Assembly: GCA_016235265.1 (NCBI GenBank)
Contig: JACRLI010000004.1
Span: 171,485-235,484 of the forward strand
DNA length: 64,000 bases
Origin: Candidatus Eiseniibacteriota bacterium
Lineage (GTDB): Bacteria > Eisenbacteria > RBG-16-71-46 > JACRLI01
Direction of reading: 5' to 3'
The notes under the pieces were generated by a model that was given only the letters and a program-made list of their open reading frames with translations, searched no databases and was not told the DNA's origin. Position numbers and translations under genes: made by a program. Below, piece by piece: positions 37,301-44,709 of the stretch (the stretch's first letter is position 1; every line of letters begins with the position of its first letter).

Positions 37301-37423
37301 GTCCAGTGGCGGGTCCTCGAAGCGCGGAATGTTGTTCCACGCCGCCATCCCCAGCGCGGCGAGCATCAGGAACAGGACCACCGTGAACTGCCAGCGCCGG
37401 ACTGCGAATTCAGTCAGTTTCAT
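34319..37423 (-). CDS. RND efflux transporter permease (AcrB/HAE family)
   Basis: The 1034-aa protein shows the typical 12-TM, two-large-loop architecture and an AcrB-like N-terminus (MKLTEFAVRRWQFTVVLFLML). Confidence 0.95.
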   Translation of the reverse strand: MKLTEFAVRRWQFTVVLFLMLAALGMAAWNNIPRFEDPPLDFPTFSVISVLPGASPTDLERLVVNEVEKRLYELEDVKSLTSSIRDGVAVTRVEFRPDKDPDRKYDEVVREMNVLRPGLPAELVRFDVQKGSTLNVNIAQVALVSAAASYRTLDSLGEDLSDRLRSVRGVRASERWGAPKRQVDVAVNFARLAALRMPVGEVMQAIGGESADIPAGSVEAGASRFSVRSSGSYATLDEIRNTVVRGSGERLVRVRDVADVSWGYADSTYRARFNGRRSVFVTAQQQRGTTVESVRDGIAAELARFQKALPAGVRLEFAFDQARNVNRRLARLGEDFGIAILLVLLTLLPLGLRAALVVMISIPLSLAIGITGLYWLGYSLNQMTIVGMVIALGLLVDDSIVVVENITRFRREGVPLREAAIRATSQIWVAVLGATATLLFAFLPLLFLPGGPGRFIRSLPMAVVVTVLASLFVSLTIIPWLTTLLLGKKPAAHGNRVLRAFDRGIHVTYAPVLDKALRRPMLTVGLAVAVVVGSLALVPVVGFSLFPKAETPQFHIDITSSEGASIAVTDSAARFAERVLARHPGITNVYTSVGHDNPAVYYNVTSRVDNPRVGQLFVLLDHYDQKGTPRMLDTLRAELARFPGAELAVREFEQGPPVDAPVAMRITGSSLDTLGVLAARVEEALKRTPGTQYVNNPLRLARSDLRVDIDRGKAGLLGVAPLEIDRMVRLALSGLQAGTLREGAGDERDVVLRLAPASRPRPSDLERLYVSGAAGQLTPLGQVARVRFERAVPEIQRRDRVRSVTVGAAVLTGHITDRVTRDALARVAKLRLPEGYRIVPAGEIESREESFGGIGGAILVAIFGILAILVLEFRTFRSTAIVASVIPLGIAGGIAALFLVGQTLSFTATIGFVALIGIEIKTSILLVDLTNQLRAQGMPMEDAIRRAGEVRFLPIVLTSLTAAGGLLPIALQGSAMYAPLAWVIIGGLISSTLLARILTPVMYKLIAPQVDAVSGTEVVGEPAVAVSLVPAPAG

Positions 37424-38457
37424 TTCATCACCTCCACGCGGTCGCCCGCGCCGATCCTGCCGGCGCCCTCGGTGACCACCAGGCGCGCGCCCTCCAGGCC
37501 GCTGCGGATCGCGGCGCGCCCGCCGTCCAGGAAGGCGAGTCTCACCTCGCGCCGCTCGGCGCGCCGGCCGTCGGGGGCCAGCGTGTACACGGTGGCGGCG
37601 TCGCCGTCCGCCTCCAGCAGCGCCTCGACCGGCACGAGCGTGACCGCCGACTCCGCGCGCGGGCGGATCTCGACACTGCCCACGAGTCCGCTCGCGAGCG
37701 CGGCCGCGCCGGGCAGCGAGACTTCCACGCGGTAGGTCCCGGTGGCCGGGTCGGATGCGTTGCCCAGCTCGGTGACGGTGCCCTGAAACTCGCGACCGGG
37801 GATCGCGTCGAAGCGCACCGTGGCGCGGTCGCCCAGCCGCACGCGCACGAAGTCGCGGTCGGCCAGCCCGGCACGCAGCACCTGGCCGCGGGCGTGGCTG
37901 CCGAAGGCCAGCACCGGCATGCCCGCGGCCACCACCTCGCCGGGCTCGGCGAGACGGCGGAGCACCATGCCCGAGGCGGGGGCCACGATGACGGCGTGGC
38001 TGCGGTTGAAGCGCGCGGCCTCGTACTCGGCCCGCGCCGCGTCGCGCGCGGTGCCGGCGTCCTGCAATTGCGACAGCGTGGCGACGCTGTCGGCGTAGAG
38101 GCGCTCGAGCCGGCGGTGGTCGCGCTCGGCCTTCTCCGCGGCGGCCGCGGCGCGCGTGACGCCCGGCTCGATCTCGCCGAGGTCGAGCTGGGCGAGCAGC
38201 TGCCCCGCGCGCACGCGGTCGCCCTCGTTCACCAGCACCCGCGCCACCAACCCGCCCACCTTGAAGCTGAGGTTGGCGCCGTCCTTGGGGACCAGGGTTC
38301 CGGTGGCGGTCACCGGCAGGGCCAGCTTCACCGCGGTGACGGCGGCCACGCGCACGGCCACGGTCTCAGCCGGGTGGCCCGGGGCCGCATCGGTGCGGGT
38401 GCACCCGGCCAGCGGGAACACCAGGGCGGGAAGCAACAACAGGAGGTGGCGGTTCAT
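37420..38457 (-). CDS. RND efflux periplasmic adaptor (membrane fusion protein)
   Basis: From the verified internal ATG at 38455-38457 the product is 345 aa. It begins MNRHLLLLLPALVFPLAGC (lipobox) and has biotinyl-lipoyl-like and coiled-coil segments. Confidence 0.9.
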   Translation of the reverse strand: MNRHLLLLLPALVFPLAGCTRTDAAPGHPAETVAVRVAAVTAVKLALPVTATGTLVPKDGANLSFKVGGLVARVLVNEGDRVRAGQLLAQLDLGEIEPGVTRAAAAAEKAERDHRRLERLYADSVATLSQLQDAGTARDAARAEYEAARFNRSHAVIVAPASGMVLRRLAEPGEVVAAGMPVLAFGSHARGQVLRAGLADRDFVRVRLGDRATVRFDAIPGREFQGTVTELGNASDPATGTYRVEVSLPGAAALASGLVGSVEIRPRAESAVTLVPVEALLEADGDAATVYTLAPDGRRAERREVRLAFLDGGRAAIRSGLEGARLVVTEGAGRIGAGDRVEVMK

Positions 38458-39911
38458 CGGAGGTCTCCCTTCTCGGCGGGCAGGTCCCGCAGCGCGGCGG
38501 CGCGCTCCAGGTCCACCCGCAGGATCGCGTAGCGGTACAGGGTGAGCACGCGGTTGATCTCGGCGGTGGTGAGCTGGGTGCGCGCGGCGGTCAGCTCGAG
38601 GGGGCTGGCCGTGCCCTCCTCGTACCGGCGGCGCACCATGGAATAGGTGTGACGGGCGGCGTCGGCGCGCGTGTCCGCGGTGGCCAGCGCATCGCGGCCC
38701 ACCCTCGCGGCCTCGTGGGCGTTGCGCACCTCCACGGCGATGCGCTCCGCGGCGTCGCGGCGATCCAGCTCCGCGCGCTCGGCGCCGGCGCGCGCGGCCG
38801 CGCGGCGCGCCAGGTCGCTGCCGCCGCGGAACAGGTCCCACGAGGCGACCAGCGAGGCGCTCCAGGAGCGGTCCTTGGAGCGCAGCCCCCAGCGCTCCCC
38901 CTGGTACGCCAGGTCGAACGCCGCGGAGACGTTCGGCAGGAATGTCCCGGTGGCGGCGCGCACCGCGGCCCGGGCCGCGCGCGAGCCGGCGTCCGCCTGC
39001 GCCAGTTCCTCCCGGCGCGTCAGCGCCGAGCGGACGGCCTCCTCGGCACCGACCCCCAGGGGCAGGTCGAAGGAGCTGTCCGGCAGGTCCTCCACCGGCG
39101 CTCCGTCCGCGCGGCCGGCGACGCGGTTGAGCTCGCGCGCCGCTGCGGACGCACGCACCCGCGCGTCGTCGAGCTGCTGCGCCACTTCCGCGCGGTCGGC
39201 GCGGGCGCGGTGCACGGCCTCCGGCGTGGCCCTGCCCGCGGCGAGCAGCTTTCCGGCTACGCGCTCGTTCTCCTGCACCAGGTTGAGCGCGGACTCCTCG
39301 ATGCGCACCACCCGCAGGGCCGAGGCGTGCCGCAGGTAGGCGATCTGCACCTCCGCCGCCAGCCGGCGCGCGGCCGCGCCGCGGGCGGCGCGCGCGGCGT
39401 CGCGGCCCGCGCCCGCGATCGAGACGCTGGCGCGGAGCGGTTCGTGGATGAGCGGCTGCGTCACGCGCAGGTGCGACTCGTACTGCCGCGGCAGCGTCAG
39501 GCTGAGGTCGGTCGGGAAGTCGCGCGTGCCGGTAAGTCGGTTCAGCGCCTCGTAGGCCGGGTTGATCAGCGCACCCAGGTCCTGCACGTCGTCGAGCTTC
39601 GAGGCTCGCGTCTCCAGGCGGACCGACGGCAGCCACTGCGTGCGCGCGGCCGTGAGCTCCGCGGACGCGCGCCGCTCGGCGAGTCGCGCCGAGGCGAACT
39701 CGAGATTGTTGGCGAGCGCCTCGGAGACCAACGGCGCCAGGGGGTCGCGCGCGAGCGGGCGCTCCGCACCCGCCGGGGCGGGCGCGGCCTCCACGGCGCG
39801 CGCGGACTTGGGCTGCTCCGCGCGGGCAACTGCCGGCGGGAGCGAGATGGCAACCGCCAGGGCGGTCACGATCCGGGAGATCCTCAGGACCAGGTTGTGA
39901 GTGCCTATCAT
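38454..39911 (-). CDS. TolC-family outer membrane efflux protein
   Basis: From the verified ATG at 39909-39911, which is preceded by AGGAGA, the product is 485 aa. It has duplicated OEP repeats. Confidence 0.85.
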   Translation of the reverse strand: MIGTHNLVLRISRIVTALAVAISLPPAVARAEQPKSARAVEAAPAPAGAERPLARDPLAPLVSEALANNLEFASARLAERRASAELTAARTQWLPSVRLETRASKLDDVQDLGALINPAYEALNRLTGTRDFPTDLSLTLPRQYESHLRVTQPLIHEPLRASVSIAGAGRDAARAARGAAARRLAAEVQIAYLRHASALRVVRIEESALNLVQENERVAGKLLAAGRATPEAVHRARADRAEVAQQLDDARVRASAAARELNRVAGRADGAPVEDLPDSSFDLPLGVGAEEAVRSALTRREELAQADAGSRAARAAVRAATGTFLPNVSAAFDLAYQGERWGLRSKDRSWSASLVASWDLFRGGSDLARRAAARAGAERAELDRRDAAERIAVEVRNAHEAARVGRDALATADTRADAARHTYSMVRRRYEEGTASPLELTAARTQLTTAEINRVLTLYRYAILRVDLERAAALRDLPAEKGDLR

Positions 39912-39921
39912 AGTTACTTCT

Positions 39922-39936
39922 CCTAACGGCGTTAGG
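39922..39936. promoter_or_regulatory. palindromic operator CCTAAC-N3-GTTAGG (copy 1, between tetR and tolC)
   Basis: I read a perfect 6+6 inverted repeat directly from the sequence. The same palindrome occurs in the tetR promoter. Confidence 0.65.
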
Positions 39937-39964
39937 TATGGGCCGAAAAAAAATGGCCGGCTGA

Positions 39965-40600
39965 TCAACAGCCCTTCAGGATCCCGCGCATGAGCGCGGC
40001 CAGCATGAGCCGAACCGTCTCGCGCAGGTCTCTCCAGGGGATGAAGCTCTGCTCGTGCTTGGCCACCTGCAGGGCGATGATCCCGTGGATGGCGCCCCAA
40101 CACATCTGCGCGATCTGGTCGGGGTCGTTGTACTCGGGCCGGAAGCGCCCCTGCTCGATCGCCTCGGAGCACGCCTGGCGCAGGAAAGCGTAGGCGCTCC
40201 GCTCCGGGTTGTTGTGCTCTTCCGCGAAGCAGGTGTCCTCGACCTTGATCGGGGGCAACACGGTCATGAACATGAACCGGTACTGGCTCGGATACTCGAG
40301 CGCGAAGCGCAGGTAGGCTTCGCCGACCGCAAACAGCCGCTCGACGGGGTCGGACGGCGCCACCGTGGTCCGGAAGTGCCGCCCGAGCTCGTCGAAATCC
40401 CTCTCGCACAGCTCCGTGAGCAGCGCGTGCTTGCTCGGGAAGTGGTGGTACAGCGCCGTGGGTGTGTACTCGATGTGATCGGCGATCGCGCGCATGGTGA
40501 CGGCGTCGTAGCCCTTGGTCGCGAACATCTCGCGCGCCGCCGCGAGGATCTTCTCGCGGGTGTCCATGCGCTCGCGTTCGCGTCTTTCCTTGGTGCCCAT
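39965..40600 (-). CDS. TetR/AcrR-family transcriptional regulator
   Basis: The N-terminal HTH reads REKILAAAREMFATKGYDAVTMRAIADHIEYTPTALYHHFPSK. Confidence 0.9.
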   Translation of the reverse strand: MGTKERRERERMDTREKILAAAREMFATKGYDAVTMRAIADHIEYTPTALYHHFPSKHALLTELCERDFDELGRHFRTTVAPSDPVERLFAVGEAYLRFALEYPSQYRFMFMTVLPPIKVEDTCFAEEHNNPERSAYAFLRQACSEAIEQGRFRPEYNDPDQIAQMCWGAIHGIIALQVAKHEQSFIPWRDLRETVRLMLAALMRGILKGC

Positions 40601-40629
40601 CTCGTCCCCCTGTTGACTTCACTATCGTC

Positions 40630-40658
40630 AGAATACCTAACAACGTTAGGTCGGTCAA
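40630..40658 (-). promoter_or_regulatory. sigma70-like promoter of tetR with embedded operator (copy 2)
   Basis: The minus strand reads TTGACC-17 nt-TATTCT. The 17-nt spacer contains CCTAAC-N3-GTTAGG (40636-40650). The ATG lies about 30 nt downstream, after GGGGGA. Confidence 0.6.
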
Positions 40659-40764
40659 GAGGAAAGATCACGGGTCGCCGAAAAAATGTTCGGCCGTCCG
40701 GAGGGGAACCCAACGGACGGCCTAACATGAATGAATTCAATTAGTTGCGCCGAAACTCGTGAGT

Positions 40765-41325
40765 CTACGCCCGCCCGATGAACGAACCGTCCCGGGTGTC
40801 CACCGACACCTTGTCCCCCACGTTCATGTGCTGCGGCACCTTCACCGTCAGACCGGTGGTGAGCTTGGCGGGCTTGGGGCTGCCGCTGGCGGTGGCACCC
40901 TTAAGCGGCGGATCGCACTCCACGATCTCCAGCGTCACCGAGAGCGGCAGCTCCACGCCCACCGGCTTGCTCTCGAAATAGTCCACGGTGATGTCCATGT
41001 CCTCCACCAGGTAGAGCGTGGCGTCGCCCAGCACGTCGCGGGCGATCGGCACCTGCTCGTAGTTCTCGGTGTTCATGAACACGTACTCGTTGCCGGCCTG
41101 GTAGAGGAAGCGCATCTCGTGCGTCTCCATCTCGGCGCGGTCCACCTTGTCCTCGGAGCGGAAGCGGTGCTCGGCGTTCGAGCCGGTCTTGATGTTGACC
41201 ATCTTGGTCTGCACCATGCCGCGCCAGTTGCCCGGAGTGACGTGGACCACCTGGGTCACGCGGTGGGGCTGGCCGTTGTAGATGATGGTCATGCCGACCT
41301 TGACCTGGGTGGCCGGAATGGGCAT
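40765..41325 (-). CDS. efp: elongation factor P
   Basis: The 186-aa protein has three EF-P domains recognisable by eye (GNEYVFMNTENYEQ, GATASGSPKPAKLTTG). A strong AGGAGG precedes the ATG. Confidence 0.9.
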   Translation of the reverse strand: MPIPATQVKVGMTIIYNGQPHRVTQVVHVTPGNWRGMVQTKMVNIKTGSNAEHRFRSEDKVDRAEMETHEMRFLYQAGNEYVFMNTENYEQVPIARDVLGDATLYLVEDMDITVDYFESKPVGVELPLSVTLEIVECDPPLKGATASGSPKPAKLTTGLTVKVPQHMNVGDKVSVDTRDGSFIGRA

Positions 41326-41640
41326 GGGACAAACCTCCTGAGGAATTCGTGAGACACGCCCTTGCCGCGGCGGGTCCTTCCAATAAGCCCCTGTCGAAAC
41401 AGGACTTGTGAGGAGACCACGATGGGCGGAAAACGCGCGGGGCGGGCTCGGGACGGAGCCGGCCCCTGGAAACGCAGCTCAGCGTGGGAAGTGTACCAGA
41501 ATCGGCGCGGGGCAGGCAAACACGGGCGTGCAGCGCGGGCAGCGGGCGTGCAGCGGGTCGTTGCTGTGCTACATGATTCTGTCACCCCCCTGCCGCGGCG
41601 ATGGGAGGCATCCGCGTCGGTCCCGGCACGGCGGGCTCCG

Positions 41641-43521
41641 CTACAGAATATCCCGCAGCGTCACCTGCACCACCTTCTCCTCGCCGGCGCGCTTAAGCCC
41701 GAATGTGAGCTTCGTGCCGGCGGGCTGGTCGGTCACCTTGCGCAGCATCTCGCCGGTGAGCCCGTGGATGTCCTGGTCCTCGAGGGTCATGAGCAGATCG
41801 CCCTCCTCCACGCCGGCGTCCGCGGCGGGGGTGCCCGGGGCCACGCCCACCACGCGCAGCTGACCGTCCAGCTTGGCGACCTGCCAGCCGAGGCGTCCCA
41901 CGTTCATCGCTTCGCCGAACAGCCTGCCCGGCTGCAGCCACAGCTTCCTGCCCTTGTAGTCCAGTGTCAGGCGGAACTGCTCCAGCAGCCACCCGCCGAT
42001 GTTGCCCGCCAGCTCGGAGCTGCCGCCGGTCACGCCCCGCTGCGAGCTGGACAGGCTGACCAGCGGGTTGGCCAGGGTGAACCCGCCCAGCTCGAAGCTC
42101 TTCATGCGCACCGTGGTGTTGGTCTCCTCGCCGCCCGCGCCGCGCACCCGCACCTGCAGCTTGCGGGCGGTGTTTTCCATGAGGCGGTGTTCGCGCACGA
42201 ACGGGCCGTGCAGCAGCAGGCTGCCGTTGTTGCCGGTGTCCACGACGAAGCGGCCGGGGATGCCGTCGCAGGAGGCGGTCACCACGGGAACGTTGTGCAC
42301 CAGCTCCATGGCCACCGCGTGCGCGCTCTCGGGCGCCTGCCACGCGGCGGGGTCGGAGAACGTGACCTGCTTGCCGGAGTAGTCCACGCTCACCGCGAAG
42401 CGCGACAGGAAGTCGTAGCCCAGGATGCCCGCGAGGGGCCGGTCCAGGAGCGCACGGATCCCGGGCAGCGCGATGGCGATGATCCGTTGCGAGCCGATCT
42501 TCACCCCGCCCACTACCAGCGAGTCCACCTGGGTGAAGCCGAAGTCCGTGGTGCCCCCCACGCCCTGCGCGCCCAGCTTGCCCTCGGTCTTGAGTCCCAG
42601 GGAATCGGCCACCGAGCGCTCCACCACCGTGGCGCCGGCGCCGGAGTCCAGCAGGAAGTACATCGGCGGGGAGGCGTTCACGCGGCCCTGCACGAATACG
42701 TGGTGGTTGACGATCTCGGCCGGCAGCGTCACGGAGCCGGCGCCGCCCGCCAGCTCCCAGTCGCGGGCCGAGGCGCCCGGCCGCCGCCACAGGGTGTCGG
42801 GCAGCGTGGGCACCGCCGCCGACTTGTCGGTGGTCACCGTGATGGCCCGCGTGGCGTCGCCGCCCAGCATCTGCACGGAGCGGAAGGACATCTTCACGCC
42901 GGCCACTTCGCGGTAGTCCGAGAGATACGTCTGGGCCTCGCCCATGGCCGACACCTGGATCATCTTCCGGGGCAGGTAGGTGACCGGATCCAGGCACAGC
43001 CGGACCGGCTTGCCGCCCGCGGGCACCACGTCGAGGTTGATGTACTGCGCGCTCTCGGGGGTCGCGGTGGAGAAGCGGACCGTGGCTTCGTCCGGGGCCA
43101 GGAGGTACCGGTACGCGGAGACGCAGCGCTCATCCTGGAGGTTGCGCAGCTCCTGGCCGGTCATCTCCTTCACCTGGCCGTTCTGGTCCACCATCCACGC
43201 CGAGCCGCCGTCCTGGACCACCACCTGGCGCAGGGACGCGATCTGGAACTCGTTGCGCATCCGCCCGGGAAACTCCATGTAGGCGCGCAGCGTCCCGTTG
43301 AGGCCGCCCACCGAGATGGTGCCCTCGCCCCACACGCACTTGAGGGCGCGGAGCTTCTCCAGCCCCCCCAGCGCGTCGGCGTGACGGCGCAGGACCTGCT
43401 GGAGGTCGGGATTCGTCTTTTCCGGGGCGTTCCGGACGGCGGACGGGGCGGCGTTCGCGCCCGGGGCGGCGGAAAGGGCCAGCGCCAGCGCGGCGGCAAC
43501 GATCCTGGTTCGGCGGGTCAT
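41641..43521 (-). CDS. secreted protein with two retropepsin-like aspartyl protease domains and a C-terminal PDZ domain
   Basis: From the in-frame ATG at 43519-43521 the product is 626 aa with a signal peptide. The two aspartyl protease motifs are FLLDSGAG and FVVDTGNNG. The PDZ-like C-terminus reads VAPGTPAADAGVEEGDLLMTLEDQDI. Confidence 0.7.
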   Translation of the reverse strand: MTRRTRIVAAALALALSAAPGANAAPSAVRNAPEKTNPDLQQVLRRHADALGGLEKLRALKCVWGEGTISVGGLNGTLRAYMEFPGRMRNEFQIASLRQVVVQDGGSAWMVDQNGQVKEMTGQELRNLQDERCVSAYRYLLAPDEATVRFSTATPESAQYINLDVVPAGGKPVRLCLDPVTYLPRKMIQVSAMGEAQTYLSDYREVAGVKMSFRSVQMLGGDATRAITVTTDKSAAVPTLPDTLWRRPGASARDWELAGGAGSVTLPAEIVNHHVFVQGRVNASPPMYFLLDSGAGATVVERSVADSLGLKTEGKLGAQGVGGTTDFGFTQVDSLVVGGVKIGSQRIIAIALPGIRALLDRPLAGILGYDFLSRFAVSVDYSGKQVTFSDPAAWQAPESAHAVAMELVHNVPVVTASCDGIPGRFVVDTGNNGSLLLHGPFVREHRLMENTARKLQVRVRGAGGEETNTTVRMKSFELGGFTLANPLVSLSSSQRGVTGGSSELAGNIGGWLLEQFRLTLDYKGRKLWLQPGRLFGEAMNVGRLGWQVAKLDGQLRVVGVAPGTPAADAGVEEGDLLMTLEDQDIHGLTGEMLRKVTDQPAGTKLTFGLKRAGEEKVVQVTLRDIL

Positions 43522-43538
43522 GCGGGTCTCCCGTGGGG

Positions 43539-44654
43539 CTAGGTCAGCAGCTTCTCGGTCCGCGCTTCCAGCGTGCGGCGCTTCACCTCCGCCAGCCCGA
43601 GGCCGGTGCGCGCGGAAGTCAGGATGCAGTCCGAATGACGGGCGCGCACGAACAGGCGCGCCTCCTCGTCCAGCCGGTCCACCTTGTTGAGCAGCAACAG
43701 CCGCGGCGTCTGGTCCGCGCCCAACTCGTGGAGCACCTGCTCCACCGCCTCCAGGTGGTCGGCCAGCGCGGGGTCGGCGGCGTCGGCCACGTGATAGAGC
43801 AGGTCCGCCTCCAGCACCTCGGAGAGCGTGGAGCGGAAGGAGGCCACCAGGTGGTGGGGCAGCTTGCGGATGAAGCCCACCGTGTCGGTGACCAGCACCG
43901 GGTGGTCCTTGTGCCCGATCTTCAGGCGCCGGGTGGTGGAGTCCACGGTGGCGAAGAGCCGGTCCTCGATGAACACGTCGGCGGAGGTGAGCGCCTTCAT
44001 CAGGGTGGACTTGCCGGCGTTGGTGTAACCGACGATGGCCACGCGGTAGGAGCCGGTGCGGCTTTTGCGCTGCACCTGCCGCTCGGCCTCCACCTTCTCC
44101 AGCTGCTTCTTGAGGTTCGAGATGCGCGTGCGCACCAGGCGGCGGTCCGTCTCCAGCTGGGTCTCGCCGGGGCCGCGGGTGCCGATGCCGCCACCCAGCC
44201 GCTCCAGGTGCTTCCACATGCCGGTCAGTCGCGGCAGCGAGTACTCCAGCTGCGCCAGCTCCACCTGCAGGCGCGACTCGCGGGTGCGGGCGCGGCGCGA
44301 GAAGATGTCCAGGATCAGCTCGCTGCGGTCAATCACCTTGGCGTCCACCGCCTTCTCGAGGTTGCGGATCTGCGCCGGCGACAGGTCCTCGTCGCACACC
44401 AGCAGGTCCGCCTCGTGCTCCTTGAGCAGCGCGGCCGCCTCCTCCACCTTGCCCTTGGTGAGATAGGTGGACGGCGACGGCTTGCCGCGCTTCTGGCGCA
44501 TCTGGGCGCACACGTCGGCGCCGGCGGTGTCGGCCAGCAGCGCCAGCTCTCGCAGGGAGACCTCGACGTCCACGGTGGCGTGGAAGTCGAACCCCACCAG
44601 GACGGCGCGCTCGCGCCGTCCGGAGGATCGGGTGTCATAGAAGGCTCGGGTCAT
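43539..44654 (-). CDS. hflX: GTPase HflX
   Basis: The HflX N-domain is present, G1 is GYTNAGKST, G3 is DTVGF and G4 is NKVD. Confidence 0.9.
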   Translation of the reverse strand: MTRAFYDTRSSGRRERAVLVGFDFHATVDVEVSLRELALLADTAGADVCAQMRQKRGKPSPSTYLTKGKVEEAAALLKEHEADLLVCDEDLSPAQIRNLEKAVDAKVIDRSELILDIFSRRARTRESRLQVELAQLEYSLPRLTGMWKHLERLGGGIGTRGPGETQLETDRRLVRTRISNLKKQLEKVEAERQVQRKSRTGSYRVAIVGYTNAGKSTLMKALTSADVFIEDRLFATVDSTTRRLKIGHKDHPVLVTDTVGFIRKLPHHLVASFRSTLSEVLEADLLYHVADAADPALADHLEAVEQVLHELGADQTPRLLLLNKVDRLDEEARLFVRARHSDCILTSARTGLGLAEVKRRTLEARTEKLLT

Positions 44655-44709
44655 CGGGGTCCTTCGCGGTGGCGCGGTGGCGCTGGCAGGTCAGGCATCC
44701 ATGCCTGGC

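Noticed and set aside
39937-39964. GGCCgaaaaaaaatGGCC as a terminator after tetR.
   Set aside because: The stem is only 4-5 bp and the loop is a 10-nt A-tract. It is not convincing as an intrinsic terminator and is more likely just an A-tract.
37420-40658. The 738-aa and 734-aa ORFs, which could suggest giant fused efflux proteins. The same question applies to the 802-aa ORF over dinB, the 494-aa ORF over lexA and the 858-aa ORF over the protease.
   Set aside because: In each case a normal-length protein begins at an internal Met or GTG with an SD and a signal peptide or family N-terminus. The upstream parts overlap the preceding gene in another frame.
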